Assembly (NCBI GenBank): GCA_034430655.1
Contig: DAOUEC010000177.1
Span: 1-61,214, forward strand
Direction of reading: 5' to 3'
From: Anaerolineae bacterium
Lineage (GTDB): Bacteria > Chloroflexota > Anaerolineae > B4-G1
Length of the DNA stretch: 61,214 bases
The position numbers were made by a program, and so were the translations under genes. Numbering within the stretch: position 1 is the first letter of the stretch; each line of letters opens with the position of its first letter. Positions 37,862 through 46,739 of this stretch are shown here, piece after piece. The notes below the pieces were generated by a model that made no database searches, had not been told where the DNA came from, and saw nothing but the letters and a program-made list of their open reading frames with translations.

Positions 37862-40264
37862 TTACTTCACGGCAAAATGCGCGATCACCGCCTGCCCCAG
37901 CGAGATGCCGCCATCGTTGCACGGCACCTGCCGGTGTAAAAGGACGCGCAGGCCCACCTCCCGCAGTCGTGGTACGACCAGCGCCAGGAGCAGCCGGTTC
38001 TGGAAGCAGCCGCCGCTCAACGCCACGGTCCGCAGCCCCGTCTCCTGGGCAATCCGCTCACACGTCGCCGCCATCATCTCTGCCACGGTGACGTGGAAGC
38101 GACAGGCCATCTCCCCCACGGCCACCCCACCCCGCAGGTCATTGAGCAGCGCCTCGAACAACCCGCGCAGCCGGATCACCGTCCCATCCTCCCCCTTCTC
38201 GATGCCGAACGGATAACTTCGCAATTCGCAATTCGCAATTCGCAATTCTTTCACCGCCATTTCCAGTTCCACAGCCGCCTGCGCCTCGTAGGTGATGCGC
38301 TCCCGCACCCCCAGCAGCGCCGAAACTGCGTCGAACAGCCGGCCGCCGGCCGAAGTCTGCGGGCAATTGATCCCTCCGTCAACCTGCCGTTGGATGATGC
38401 GCAACTCCTCCTCGCCCACGGTGGTCTCGAAGGGAAAGGAGGACAACCGGCCAGTGAGCGCGTAAAGATAGCCGATGGTCAGGCGGTAGGGATTGCGGAT
38501 GGCCGCCTCGCCGCCGGGCATGGGCAGATACTCCAGATGCGCCGCCCGCCGGAAGCCGCGATAGTCGGCCACCAGGAACTCGCCGCCCCAGATATGCCCG
38601 TCGCTGCCATAGCCGGTACCGTCCCAGGCCACGCCGATGACCGGGCCGTCGTCCGGCGTCCAGCCGTTGTCGGCCAGGCAACTGGCGATGTGGGCGTGGT
38701 GGTGCTGAATAGCGAATTGCGAATTGCGAATTGCGAATTGTGATTTTGCGTATTTGGTGGAGAGGTATTCTGGATGCAAATCGTGGGCGATGATCTCCGG
38801 CTGGATGCGGAACAGCCGTTTGTAGAGTTCAATCGTGGTCTCGAAGTGCTCCAGCGTCTCCAGGTTCTCCATGTCGCCGATGTGCTGGCTGAGGAAGGCG
38901 TACTCGTCCCTGGTGACGCAGAAGGTGTTCTTCAGTTCCGCCCCGCAGGCCAGGATTTGCCTGACCCGGAACGGGAGTTTTATGGGAAAGGGGGCGTAGC
39001 CGCGTGAGCGACGGATGGGCTGGGGCAAGGCGGTTTCAGGTTGCAGAGTTTCAGGTTTGGAGTTAGACCGTGAAACGTGAAACGTGAAACGTGAAGCGCG
39101 AGGCACAAACCACACGCTATCGTCATAACGCGCATAGATGTCGCGGTCGTGCAGCAAGAAGTAGTCGGCCAGATGGGCCAAACGGCGCAGCGCCTCGTCG
39201 TTGTCGCGGGCGATGGGCTCCTCGGACAGATTGCCGCTGGTCATCACCAGTGGCCGCCCCACGTCCCGCAGGAGTACGTGGTGCAGCGGCGTGTAGGGGA
39301 GCATGACCCCCAGGTAGTTGTTGCGCGGAGCCACCAGCCGAGAGACGTTCGATGCGGGCTTCCAGGGGAGCAACACGATGGGGCACTGAGGCGAGGTCAA
39401 CAGCCGCTTCTCTTCATCCGAAACCCAACAGTGCTGTTTGATCTCCTCCAACGTGGCCATCATCACCGCTAACGGCTTGGCCGGGCGTCCCTTGCGCTCC
39501 CGTAGCCTGCGCACGGCCTCCCCGTCGGTAGCGTCGCAGGCCAGGTGGAAGCCACCCAGTCCCTTGATGGCAAGGATGGCCCCCCCTCGCAGCAGACGGG
39601 CAGCCTGGGCGATGACATCATGCGAATTGCGAATTGCGAATTGCGAATTGCGAATTGCGTCTGGAACCTGGAACCTGGGACTTGAAACCAACCAGACGTG
39701 CGGTCCGCATACCGGACAGGCATTCGGCTGGGCGTGAAACCGCCTATCCAACGGGTCGTCGTACTCCGCCTGGCACTGCGGGCACATGACGAAATCCCGC
39801 ATAGTGGTCAGCGGACGGTCGTAGGGGACGTCGGCGATGATGGTGAAGCGCGGGCCACAGTTGGTGCAGTTGGTGAAAGGGTACCGATAGCGGCGGTCGG
39901 TCGGATCCAGCAACTCCCGCAGGCAATCAGGGCAGGTGGCGATGTCGGGGGAGATGAGTTGGTAGCGCCCCTCCTCGGCCACGCTGTGGCGGATTTCGAA
40001 AGTCGTGTAGCCAGCCGGCGGCGCATCGGCAATTTCAATGCCTTCGATGTGCGCCAGCGGCGGAGCCTTCCCCTCCAGGTCGCGCACAAACGCTGCCAGC
40101 GTGTCCGCCGGCCCTTCGATCTCGATCTCCACCCCGCCGGAATGGTTGAGCACCCAGCCGGCCAGGCCATGCTCGTGCGCCAACCGGTAGACGAAGGGGC
40201 GGAAACCGACTCCTTGCACGACGCCGCGCACATTGATTGTCTTCCGTATCAACTCGCCCGGCAT
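37862..40264 (-). CDS. hypF: Carbamoyltransferase HypF
   Basis: 800 aa. N-terminal acylphosphatase domain ('VRGVVQGVGFRPFVYRLA'), two zinc fingers, a YrdC-like domain ('AIKGLGGFHLACDA') and a Kae1-like domain ('RRSRGYAP', 'HHHAHIASC'). Confidence 0.96.
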   Translation of the reverse strand: MPGELIRKTINVRGVVQGVGFRPFVYRLAHEHGLAGWVLNHSGGVEIEIEGPADTLAAFVRDLEGKAPPLAHIEGIEIADAPPAGYTTFEIRHSVAEEGRYQLISPDIATCPDCLRELLDPTDRRYRYPFTNCTNCGPRFTIIADVPYDRPLTTMRDFVMCPQCQAEYDDPLDRRFHAQPNACPVCGPHVWLVSSPRFQVPDAIRNSQFAIRNSHDVIAQAARLLRGGAILAIKGLGGFHLACDATDGEAVRRLRERKGRPAKPLAVMMATLEEIKQHCWVSDEEKRLLTSPQCPIVLLPWKPASNVSRLVAPRNNYLGVMLPYTPLHHVLLRDVGRPLVMTSGNLSEEPIARDNDEALRRLAHLADYFLLHDRDIYARYDDSVWFVPRASRFTFHVSRSNSKPETLQPETALPQPIRRSRGYAPFPIKLPFRVRQILACGAELKNTFCVTRDEYAFLSQHIGDMENLETLEHFETTIELYKRLFRIQPEIIAHDLHPEYLSTKYAKSQFAIRNSQFAIQHHHAHIASCLADNGWTPDDGPVIGVAWDGTGYGSDGHIWGGEFLVADYRGFRRAAHLEYLPMPGGEAAIRNPYRLTIGYLYALTGRLSSFPFETTVGEEELRIIQRQVDGGINCPQTSAGGRLFDAVSALLGVRERITYEAQAAVELEMAVKELRIANCELRSYPFGIEKGEDGTVIRLRGLFEALLNDLRGGVAVGEMACRFHVTVAEMMAATCERIAQETGLRTVALSGGCFQNRLLLALVVPRLREVGLRVLLHRQVPCNDGGISLGQAVIAHFAVK
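38215..38249. repeat. Heptamer array in hypF, site 1 (CAATTCG x about 5)
   Basis: The sequence reads aacttcg caattcg caattcg caattcg caattct. It encodes 'ELRIANCELRS'. Confidence 0.9.
38713..38740. repeat. Heptamer array in hypF, site 2 (CGAATTG x 4, opposite orientation to site 1)
   Basis: cgaattg x 4 encodes 'SQFAIRNSQFAI', just before the conserved HHHAH. Confidence 0.9.
39031..39100. repeat. Composite heptamer array in hypF, site 3 (GGTTTCA family plus GTGAAAC x 4)
   Basis: The sequence reads ggtttca ggttgca gagtttc aggtttg gagttag accgtga aacgtga aacgtga aacgtga agcgcga. It encodes 'ASRFTFHVSRSNSKPETLQPETA' in the YrdC-Kae1 linker. Confidence 0.9.
39621..39690. repeat. Composite heptamer array in hypF, site 4 (TGCGAAT x 5 plus GGAACCT family)
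   Basis: The sequence reads tgcgaat x 5, then tgcgtct ggaacct ggaacct gggactt gaaacca. It encodes 'SSPRFQVPDAIRNSQFAIRNSH' in the zinc-finger / YrdC linker. Confidence 0.9.
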
Positions 40265-40899
40265 CTCTCAACCAGCCAGTCAATCCATTCCTGCACTCCC
40301 TTTCCCGTCTTGCAGGATACGGGGAAGAAGGCGACATCGGGGTTAAGCGCCTCGACGCCACGGCGGAAGTAGTCCAGATCGAACTCTAACAGAGGCAACA
40401 AATCTACTTTGTTGAGCGCCAGCACATCCACGACGCTGAACATGCCCGGATACTTGTACGGCTTGTCGTCCCCTTCGGGCGTGCTGGCGATCATGACCTT
40501 GAGGTGCTCCCCCAAGGCGAAGCTGGTAGGGCAGATGAGGTTGCCCACGTTCTCGATGAGCAGCAAATCGGTCTCGTCCAGCGGCAGCCTGGGCAAGGCG
40601 ACGCGCACCATGTTAGCGTCCAGGTGGCAGGCCCCGCCGGTATTGATCTGCACCACCGGAACACCCAGGCGGGCGATGCGGTCGGCGTCAATCGTCGAGG
40701 CGACATCGCCCTCAATCACGCCAATGCGCAGCCGGTCTCGCAGCGCCTCAATCGTGCGCTCGATGAGGCTGGTCTTGCCCGCCCCGGGCGCGGCCATCAC
40801 GTTCAGAACGAAGACGCCCTTCTCATCGAACAGTCGCCGGTTTTCCTGTGCGATCTGCTCATTGGCGCTTAGAATATCTTTGACGATTTCTACTTTCAA
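40249..40899 (-). CDS. hypB: Hydrogenase nickel-incorporation GTPase HypB
   Basis: 'APGAGKTSL', 'ENVGNLICP' and 'LNKVDL'. The ORF extends to GTG 40956, but TTG 40899 has GGGAGA 6 nt upstream. There is no His-rich N-terminus. Confidence 0.9.
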   Translation of the reverse strand: MKVEIVKDILSANEQIAQENRRLFDEKGVFVLNVMAAPGAGKTSLIERTIEALRDRLRIGVIEGDVASTIDADRIARLGVPVVQINTGGACHLDANMVRVALPRLPLDETDLLLIENVGNLICPTSFALGEHLKVMIASTPEGDDKPYKYPGMFSVVDVLALNKVDLLPLLEFDLDYFRRGVEALNPDVAFFPVSCKTGKGVQEWIDWLVERCRAS

Positions 40900-40958
40900 A
40901 ATGTGTCTCCCTTGCGTGCCATTCGCGTGCCATCGCCTCAAGCCGTGAATCCCCACGG

Positions 40959-41024
40959 AATCATCCGATAATCATCCGCCAATCGTCCGATAATCCGGCA
41001 GGAATCCGGCAAGAATCCGGCAAC
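40959..41024. repeat. 11-nt tandem repeat x 6 (AATCATCCGAT to AATCCGGCAAG)
   Basis: The six units read aatcatccgat aatcatccgcc aatcgtccgat aatccggcagg aatccggcaag aatccggcaac. It lies in the hypA-hypB intergenic region and is followed by aacgtga gacgtgc. Confidence 0.9.
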
Positions 41025-41113
41025 ATCAACGTGAGACGTGCCAGTTCTTGTTCGGTCATGCCGGTACCCTCGCCTTATTGAGCGCCAACTCTTGCCTCTT
41101 GCCTCTTGTCCGG

Positions 41114-41455
41114 TCACTCCACCTCAATACTGTCCATATAAAACTCCCGCCCGGCGACGAACTCACCGCCCATCGCCTGGCAGACGGGACAGGCCCAGTT
41201 GCCGTCTTCCAGCGCGAACTCGTGGCTGCAGGCGCGGCAGCGGAAGCGGGCCGACTGCCACTCGAACGCCAGTTGCGCCCCCTCGGCCAGCGTGCCTTTG
41301 CTGACGAAGTCGAAGTAGAACTGGACGCAATCGTCCACGATGCCCGACACCTCGCCGACGACCAGGTTGATGCGCGTGATATGCCCCGCGCCAGCCCGCT
41401 CGGCGTATTCCAGCGCCAGGTTGAGCATGCTCTGGGTGACGGCCAGTTCGTGCAC
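41114..41455 (-). CDS. hypA: Hydrogenase nickel-insertion protein HypA
   Basis: 'MHELAVTQSML' and the zinc site 'CRAC...CPVC'. GTG start overlaps the protease TAG stop by 1 nt. Confidence 0.93.
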   Translation of the reverse strand: MHELAVTQSMLNLALEYAERAGAGHITRINLVVGEVSGIVDDCVQFYFDFVSKGTLAEGAQLAFEWQSARFRCRACSHEFALEDGNWACPVCQAMGGEFVAGREFYMDSIEVE

Positions 41456-41925
41456 TACTGCTCTCCCGTTTCCAACTCAGCCAACACGACCTCCACGGCG
41501 CGGGGGATGGCCGCCGCCACCGCAGGCGTGCACGCCTCGCCGAAGGTCAGCACGTCCTCGACCTCGATGGCGAGGATAGTGATGGCTTCATCTCCGGGCA
41601 ACGTCAGCCCCAAGCCACGTCCCAGGGCCAGCGCACCGGTCAGGGAAAGATCGTGCGTCGAGCCCGAATGCAACGAGGCCCGCAGATCGTTGGGGTGTAG
41701 GCGATGGATGTCACCCGCTCTGCCATCGCGGGTCTGGATCGCGTCCACCAGGACGACTCGTTCGTAACCGGCGATGACGTCCAGCAGCCGCAGCCCCCCG
41801 ACGCTCGCTTCGGCGAAAGTCACATCATCCCGTTGGCATTGCGCTGCCATTGCCCGCACGACGTGAATGCCCACCCCATCGTCGGTCAGGATGGGGTTGC
41901 CCAGGCCCAGCACTAGCGTCTTCAA
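41455..41925 (-). CDS. [NiFe] hydrogenase maturation endopeptidase (HybD/HoxW/FrhD family)
   Basis: 'LVLGLGNPILTDDGVG...VVLVDA...HSGSTHD'. The ORF runs to 42015, but its first 30 codons are heptamer-repeat sequence. TTG 41925 has GAGAGGG 8 nt upstream. Confidence 0.85.
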   Translation of the reverse strand: MKTLVLGLGNPILTDDGVGIHVVRAMAAQCQRDDVTFAEASVGGLRLLDVIAGYERVVLVDAIQTRDGRAGDIHRLHPNDLRASLHSGSTHDLSLTGALALGRGLGLTLPGDEAITILAIEVEDVLTFGEACTPAVAAAIPRAVEVVLAELETGEQ

Positions 41926-41945
41926 AGCAATGGCCCTCTCAAAAA

Positions 41946-42085
41946 GGTAGATTGGAGGTTGGTAAATTGGTAAATTGGGAAACTGGTAGATTGGTTTCTC
42001 CGACCAATTTGCCAACTACCAGCCTCGGGCTACCAGCCTACCAACCACCAATCTACCAATCTACCAGTTTACAACCGCCTGGTAG
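41946..42085. repeat. Two heptamer arrays (GGTAGAT / TGGTAAA family) in inverted orientation
   Basis: The left arm reads ggtagat tggaggt tggtaaa ttggtaa attggga aactggt agattgg. The right arm reads ...ctaccag cctacca accacca atctacc aatctac cagttta. It lies between the large-subunit stop and the protease start. Confidence 0.85.
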
Positions 42086-42099
42086 GGGCCAACCTATCC

Positions 42100-43566
42100 C
42101 TAGTCTATGTTCTGCCTCAGCACGTCCACAACGTTCCCCTCGGCATCGCGCACCAGCACCTCCAGCGGCATCTGGCCGGGCAGGGTGTGGGTGGCGCAGC
42201 CGAGGCAAGGATCGTAAGAGCGGAAGGCCATCTCTACCCTGTTCAGCAGCCCCTCGCTGACCTGGCCCTCCTTGATAAACGCCTGGGCCGCTTTCTTGAT
42301 GGAGATCGACATGGGCGCATAGTTGTTGGTCGTGCCGACGATGAGGTTGCACTTCTGGACTATACCTCTCTCGTCGGTGATGTAGTGATGGGTCAGCGTG
42401 CCACGCGGGGCCTCGACGATGCCCACCCCCTCGTCCGGCGTCTCGGTGGGGACGTTGCGCACGTGCGGGTCAGTGATCTCGGGGTCGGTCGCCAGTTCGA
42501 CGATGCGCTCGGCGGCGTAGAGCAACTCGATCAGGCGGGCCCAGTGGGTGGCCAGCGTGCCGTGCACCGGCTTGCCCCCCATCGTCTCGTAGAAATGCTC
42601 GTAGGCCTCCTGCGCCTGCGGCGTCGTCATGCCATCGGCGGCGTTGAGCCGCGAAAGGGGCGTGGCCTGGTAGATACCGCTGTCCATGCCGGTCACGAAT
42701 CCCTTCCAGCCCACACCCTTGAGGTAAGGGAACTTGAGATATGTCCAGGGCTCGACGCGCTCGGCGATCACGTCCAGGTACTCCTCCGGGGCATACTTGA
42801 CGAACTCGTTTCCCTCGGGGTCCACGACGCGCACCTTGCCGTCGTAAAAGTTGACCAAGTTACGCTCATCCACCAACCCCATGTAGTACATCGGTGCGGT
42901 GAAGGTGTCGGAGAGGATCATGTCCAGGTAGGCCTCGTTTGCCAGCACCACGTCGTGGAACAGTTGCAGGCCAAACTGTCCGAACTCGACCAATTCGTGT
43001 CCCCAGGCCTCGATCTGCGCCCGCTCCTCCTCGTTGATCGCCTTACTCACTCCACCGGGGAGGGCGCCGACCGGGTGCACCGTCTTGCCGCCCAGCATGC
43101 CCACGATGTCCATACCCATCCCCCGGCAACTGATGACCCGCCCGCCAATCTCCAGGCCGACCTTGTGGATTAGCCCCAGGATGTTGCGCTCAGCGGGTGG
43201 CGCGTCCGGTCCCAGGACAAAGTCGGGCGCGCCCAGGATGTAAAAGTGCACCGTGTGGTCGGCGACGAAGAAGGCGGAGTAGAGGATTTCGCGCAGTTTC
43301 CTGCCCGTCGGGGGCACCTCGACGTGGTAGACCGCGTCGCAGGCCTTGGCCGAGGCTATGTGGTGCGCCTCCGGGCAGACACCGCAGATACGCGGCGTGA
43401 TGCGCGGCATCTCCTCCACGGGCCGGCCTTCGGCGAACTTTTCGAACCCCCGCAGTTCTGGGATCACCAGGTAAGCGTTGGCGACGTTCCCCTCCCCGTC
43501 GAGGAAGATCTCGATCTTGCCGTGTCCCTCTAGGCGGGTGATGGGGTCAATGCTGATTTTTCTCAT
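42100..43566 (-). CDS. mvhA: [NiFe] hydrogenase large subunit, group 3 (Mvh/F420-non-reducing type)
   Basis: N-terminal 'RLEGHGKI' with 'RICGVCP'. C-terminal 'DPCLGCATH' plus a cleavable extension. Neighbours are mvhG and mvhD. Confidence 0.9.
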   Translation of the reverse strand: MRKISIDPITRLEGHGKIEIFLDGEGNVANAYLVIPELRGFEKFAEGRPVEEMPRITPRICGVCPEAHHIASAKACDAVYHVEVPPTGRKLREILYSAFFVADHTVHFYILGAPDFVLGPDAPPAERNILGLIHKVGLEIGGRVISCRGMGMDIVGMLGGKTVHPVGALPGGVSKAINEEERAQIEAWGHELVEFGQFGLQLFHDVVLANEAYLDMILSDTFTAPMYYMGLVDERNLVNFYDGKVRVVDPEGNEFVKYAPEEYLDVIAERVEPWTYLKFPYLKGVGWKGFVTGMDSGIYQATPLSRLNAADGMTTPQAQEAYEHFYETMGGKPVHGTLATHWARLIELLYAAERIVELATDPEITDPHVRNVPTETPDEGVGIVEAPRGTLTHHYITDERGIVQKCNLIVGTTNNYAPMSISIKKAAQAFIKEGQVSEGLLNRVEMAFRSYDPCLGCATHTLPGQMPLEVLVRDAEGNVVDVLRQNID

Positions 43567-44540
43567 GAGCCTTCCTCCAACTTCCTCCGGTGCAGCAGCG
43601 AAGCGGGCAAACCGAAGCGATAGAAGGTGCCCACCGGGTCCACGATCTCGCCCACGATGCGGGCCGCCTCCTCCTCGGTATCGGCGTCCACGACCGAAGC
43701 GACGGCTGAAAGGAGCGCCGCGCCCTGATCAATCACGTTCGGCGGCGGACCGTAGCAGCCCCGGCAGGGCATATTCACGCTGGGGCAGAGCGCGCCGCAG
43801 CCACCCCGCGTCGCCGGTCCCGCGCATAAGATGCCCTGGTCAAAGAGGCAACGCCCTGGCTCAGGGATGATCTCGTGGGGGCGGTAGAACTTCTTGATGT
43901 GCTTCTCCTCTCGATTGTGTTCACATTCATCACAAACCGTCTTTTCGTTGGCGCCGACCACGCTCCCTTTAGGCGGGAGTTGGCCGCCCAGGATGGCCTC
44001 GATCACGGTCCAGATCTGGGGGGCCTGCGGCGGGCAGCCGGGCACGAAGTAATCCACGTCCTCCACCTGCGCCAGTGTCTTGACCGTGTTGTAGAACTTG
44101 GGAATGATCACCTCTCCCTCGGGCAACTGGTAAGAGGTCTGTGGCAAGATGCCCTCGGGGTTATCTACGGAGGGTGCTTCCAGATAGACGCGCTCGAAGA
44201 TGGACCGGCGGTCGAAGAAGTTGCCCAGGCCCGGGATGCCTCCGAGGTGAGAACAGGAACCGAAGGCCACCAGCATCTTCGATTTCTGACGCAGGAGGTG
44301 GGCGATGTGTTCGTTCTCGCCGGTGCGGATAGCGCCGTTGAAGAGGCAGACGTCTATGTGACCGTCGGGCATGGCCTCGACGTCCTTGTATTTGAAGTCC
44401 ATCGCCACCGGCCAGAAGAGGATGTCGGCCGCCACATCCAGGTCCAGGATCTTTTCTCGCAACTCCAGGATAGCGATGTCGCAGCCACCGCAGGAGGCGG
44501 CCCAGTAGAGGCCCAGTTTGAGTTTTCCGTTGTCTGCCAT
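43563..44540 (-). CDS. mvhG: [NiFe] hydrogenase small subunit (Mvh type)
   Basis: 'LYWAASCGGCDIAILE', 'GSCSHLGGIPG' and distal Cys clusters. Confidence 0.9.
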   Translation of the reverse strand: MADNGKLKLGLYWAASCGGCDIAILELREKILDLDVAADILFWPVAMDFKYKDVEAMPDGHIDVCLFNGAIRTGENEHIAHLLRQKSKMLVAFGSCSHLGGIPGLGNFFDRRSIFERVYLEAPSVDNPEGILPQTSYQLPEGEVIIPKFYNTVKTLAQVEDVDYFVPGCPPQAPQIWTVIEAILGGQLPPKGSVVGANEKTVCDECEHNREEKHIKKFYRPHEIIPEPGRCLFDQGILCAGPATRGGCGALCPSVNMPCRGCYGPPPNVIDQGAALLSAVASVVDADTEEEAARIVGEIVDPVGTFYRFGLPASLLHRRKLEEGS

Positions 44541-44544
44541 CGGC

Positions 44545-44982
44545 CTATTCCTCCTTGCTTTCGAGTTCGCGCTTCCAGTTGAGCGGCCTCAGGGCACGCA
44601 CCTGCTCGGTGAAATCGCGCACCAGTTGGGCCCACTTGGGGGCCTCTGCGCCGGAGATCCAACCCCAGTGGAAGCGTTCCTTCTCGATGCCGTATTGCTC
44701 CAGCAGCGCCTCCACCAGCGGCATGCGGCGGAAGGTCTTGTAGTTGCCGCTATTGTAGTGACAGTCTCCAGGCGGGTGGCACCCGGAGACGATGACGCCA
44801 TCGGCTCCCTCGGCGAAGGCCTTGAGGATGAAGACCGGGTCTACGCGCCCCGAACACATCACGCGGATGATGTCCACGTTGGGTGGCTGCTCCATCCGGG
44901 AGATGCCAGCCGTGTCGGCCGCGGCGTAAGTGCACCAATTGCACAGGAAGCCAACGATTCGTGGTTCATAGTCAGCACTCAT
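44545..44982 (-). CDS. mvhD: MvhD-type hydrogenase iron-sulfur subunit
   Basis: 'RIVGFLCNWCTYAAADTAG...VMCSGR...GADGVIVSGCHPPGDCHY'. Start ATG 44982, with GGAGG upstream. Confidence 0.9.
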   Translation of the reverse strand: MSADYEPRIVGFLCNWCTYAAADTAGISRMEQPPNVDIIRVMCSGRVDPVFILKAFAEGADGVIVSGCHPPGDCHYNSGNYKTFRRMPLVEALLEQYGIEKERFHWGWISGAEAPKWAQLVRDFTEQVRALRPLNWKRELESKEE

Positions 44983-45093
44983 GACATCAAAACCTCCACT
45001 TTTGTTCCTCCTACCCACCTATCTCGGTGAACATCCTTTGCGGGTCGAGACGAATGATACCTTCGCCATGGTCGGGTGTGTTTCTTCCTCTGG

Positions 45094-45177
45094 AAAAACC
45101 CGCCATCTCACCTGAAGTGCCCAACAAGCCGCCCGATAAGGCCGCAGGGGTCCACAACTGACAGGCGAGGTGGCGGG
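45094..45177 (-). terminator. Long-stem terminator-like structure with a U5 tail, between the hdr/nuo cluster and the mvh genes
   Basis: The minus-strand RNA has arms CCCGCCACCUCGCCUG and CAGGUGAGAUGGCGGG (16 bp; one mismatch, one G.U pair) separated by 47 nt, followed by UUUUU. Confidence 0.55.
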
Positions 45178-45186
45178 AATTCGTGC

Positions 45187-45618
45187 TTACAGAAATACCT
45201 CGTCCCAGATAGGAGTGGGGCCCAATTGCTCCACCTCCTCCGTAAACTCCTTCGCCACCTCTGCGAACCGGGGAGCCTCGGATGCTGAGACCCACGAAAG
45301 CCTGAAGCGGTCCGCCATTTCCAGGCCCAGTGTCTCGAAGATGCTCTTGAGCATCGCGGCCCGGCGGCGCGCGTGAAGGTTTCCTTTCTGGTAGTGACAT
45401 TGGCCAGGCCAGCACCCAGCGACCAACACGCCATCGGCTCCCTTGAGAAAAGCGGAGAGCACAAACAGCGGGTCAACCCGACCGGAGCACATCACACGGA
45501 CGACCATGACCGAAGGGGGCATCTGGAGTCTGGACACGCCAGCCGTATCGGCGGCAGTGTACGCGCACCAGTTACAGAGAAATCCCACGATCTTAGGTGT
45601 AAACTCTTGCTCTTCCAT
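45187..45618 (-). CDS. MvhD-like iron-sulfur protein (paralog)
   Basis: 'KIVGFLCNWCAYTAADTAG...VMCSGR...GADGVLVAGCWPGQCHY'. Start ATG 45618, with GGGGGAG upstream. Confidence 0.88.
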   Translation of the reverse strand: MEEQEFTPKIVGFLCNWCAYTAADTAGVSRLQMPPSVMVVRVMCSGRVDPLFVLSAFLKGADGVLVAGCWPGQCHYQKGNLHARRRAAMLKSIFETLGLEMADRFRLSWVSASEAPRFAEVAKEFTEEVEQLGPTPIWDEVFL

Positions 45619-45626
45619 TTCTCCCC

Positions 45627-46739
45627 CTACGTTGCAACCTGAGTGAGTTCTTCTTCTTCGAAAGTCATCAGCGGGATCTCCTCGGTGACGTCCTTCCCCG
45701 GCCGATAGCCAAACAGCGCCTGAACCGATGTTCCCACTTTCGAGAAGATGGTCGAGACGGGGATATCGGCAGGACACACGTCTGTGCACATACCACATCC
45801 CACGCAGGAGACACTCACGTGGGCCAGCCGCCCGAGTTGGAAGAAGATCGTGTTGGGCGGCACCCGCAGCCCGCCCTTTCTCTCCAACTCGGTTTCATAG
45901 ATCTCTGGCAAATACTCGCAGTCCTGAGACTCGAAGTAGCACAGGCTGCAATAGCAGATTGGGCACACCGTTTTGCAGGCGTGGCAGCCGATGCAACGGC
46001 CAAAGGTGCGGATCAGTTCCTGCATGCCCACTTCTACCCCGGCAAAGAGTTCCTCCCGGTAGGCCGCACGCTGGCTGTGGGAGCGCTGGATCGGTTCGGT
46101 CTCCAGTTCGTCCGACAGAGGCGTTCCCTCCAACCCCTCCACAAACTTGGCCCCCTTCTCAGTGTTCAAGAAGAGCGCGCATTGCGTGTCGAGGTCCTCC
46201 TTTCCCACCAGGGCGACCGTGATGTCGGCGTTGTCGGGCACAAAGTGCACGCAGGCACGACAGGTCGGCCGGACGTCGTGATCCAACTCGCCGTGCTTCA
46301 CCGCCTCCCAGTACCCAGGCGGCCTTTCCTTCAGATCGCCATTGGCGCCCACGTCAAGGGGATAGACGCCACCACAGGTCGAACTGATGAGCAGGAGGTT
46401 GTCCAGGCTGCCCTGGCTGCGCTTCACCAGTTCAATGAAAGCCCGCAACTCGCATGGCTTGACCACAGCCGCGACTGGCCCGGCGAGTGGCTCCCTCAAC
46501 GTCAGGCGGGAGAGCAATCCGCCCGCATTGGCTGGCATGAACGGGAGAAGGGGAAGCGCGGTGCCATCCACCCTGAACGCATCTGGGTCTGTGAACAACG
46601 AATACGCCACGCCCCCGTTGCTTCCCCCGGTCCTTCCCAGCGCAAGCACACCATTCACCCGGCCGCTCTCCAGGAGAGAGCGAAGTAACTCTCGCACGGC
46701 CTCCTCTGCTCCTTTATTGATCTTCAGGCCCTCAGGCAT
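45627..46739 (-). CDS. Fe-S oxidoreductase (FrhB/FlxC-like N-domain plus Cys-rich 4Fe-4S C-domain)
   Basis: 'VVKPCELRAFIELV', 'CIGCHACKTVCPICYC' and 'CVGCGMCTDVCP'. Paralog of 46732..47883 and 23441..24325. Confidence 0.65.
   Translation of the reverse strand: MPEGLKINKGAEEAVRELLRSLLESGRVNGVLALGRTGGSNGGVAYSLFTDPDAFRVDGTALPLLPFMPANAGGLLSRLTLREPLAGPVAAVVKPCELRAFIELVKRSQGSLDNLLLISSTCGGVYPLDVGANGDLKERPPGYWEAVKHGELDHDVRPTCRACVHFVPDNADITVALVGKEDLDTQCALFLNTEKGAKFVEGLEGTPLSDELETEPIQRSHSQRAAYREELFAGVEVGMQELIRTFGRCIGCHACKTVCPICYCSLCYFESQDCEYLPEIYETELERKGGLRVPPNTIFFQLGRLAHVSVSCVGCGMCTDVCPADIPVSTIFSKVGTSVQALFGYRPGKDVTEEIPLMTFEEEELTQVAT

Noticed and set aside
41926-42015. N-terminal extensions of the maturation protease (to 42015) and of HypB (40900..40956) given by the longest ORFs.
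   Set aside because: The extensions consist of repeat-derived sequence or lack an RBS. Internal TTG starts with good Shine-Dalgarno spacing give proteins that begin where homologs begin.
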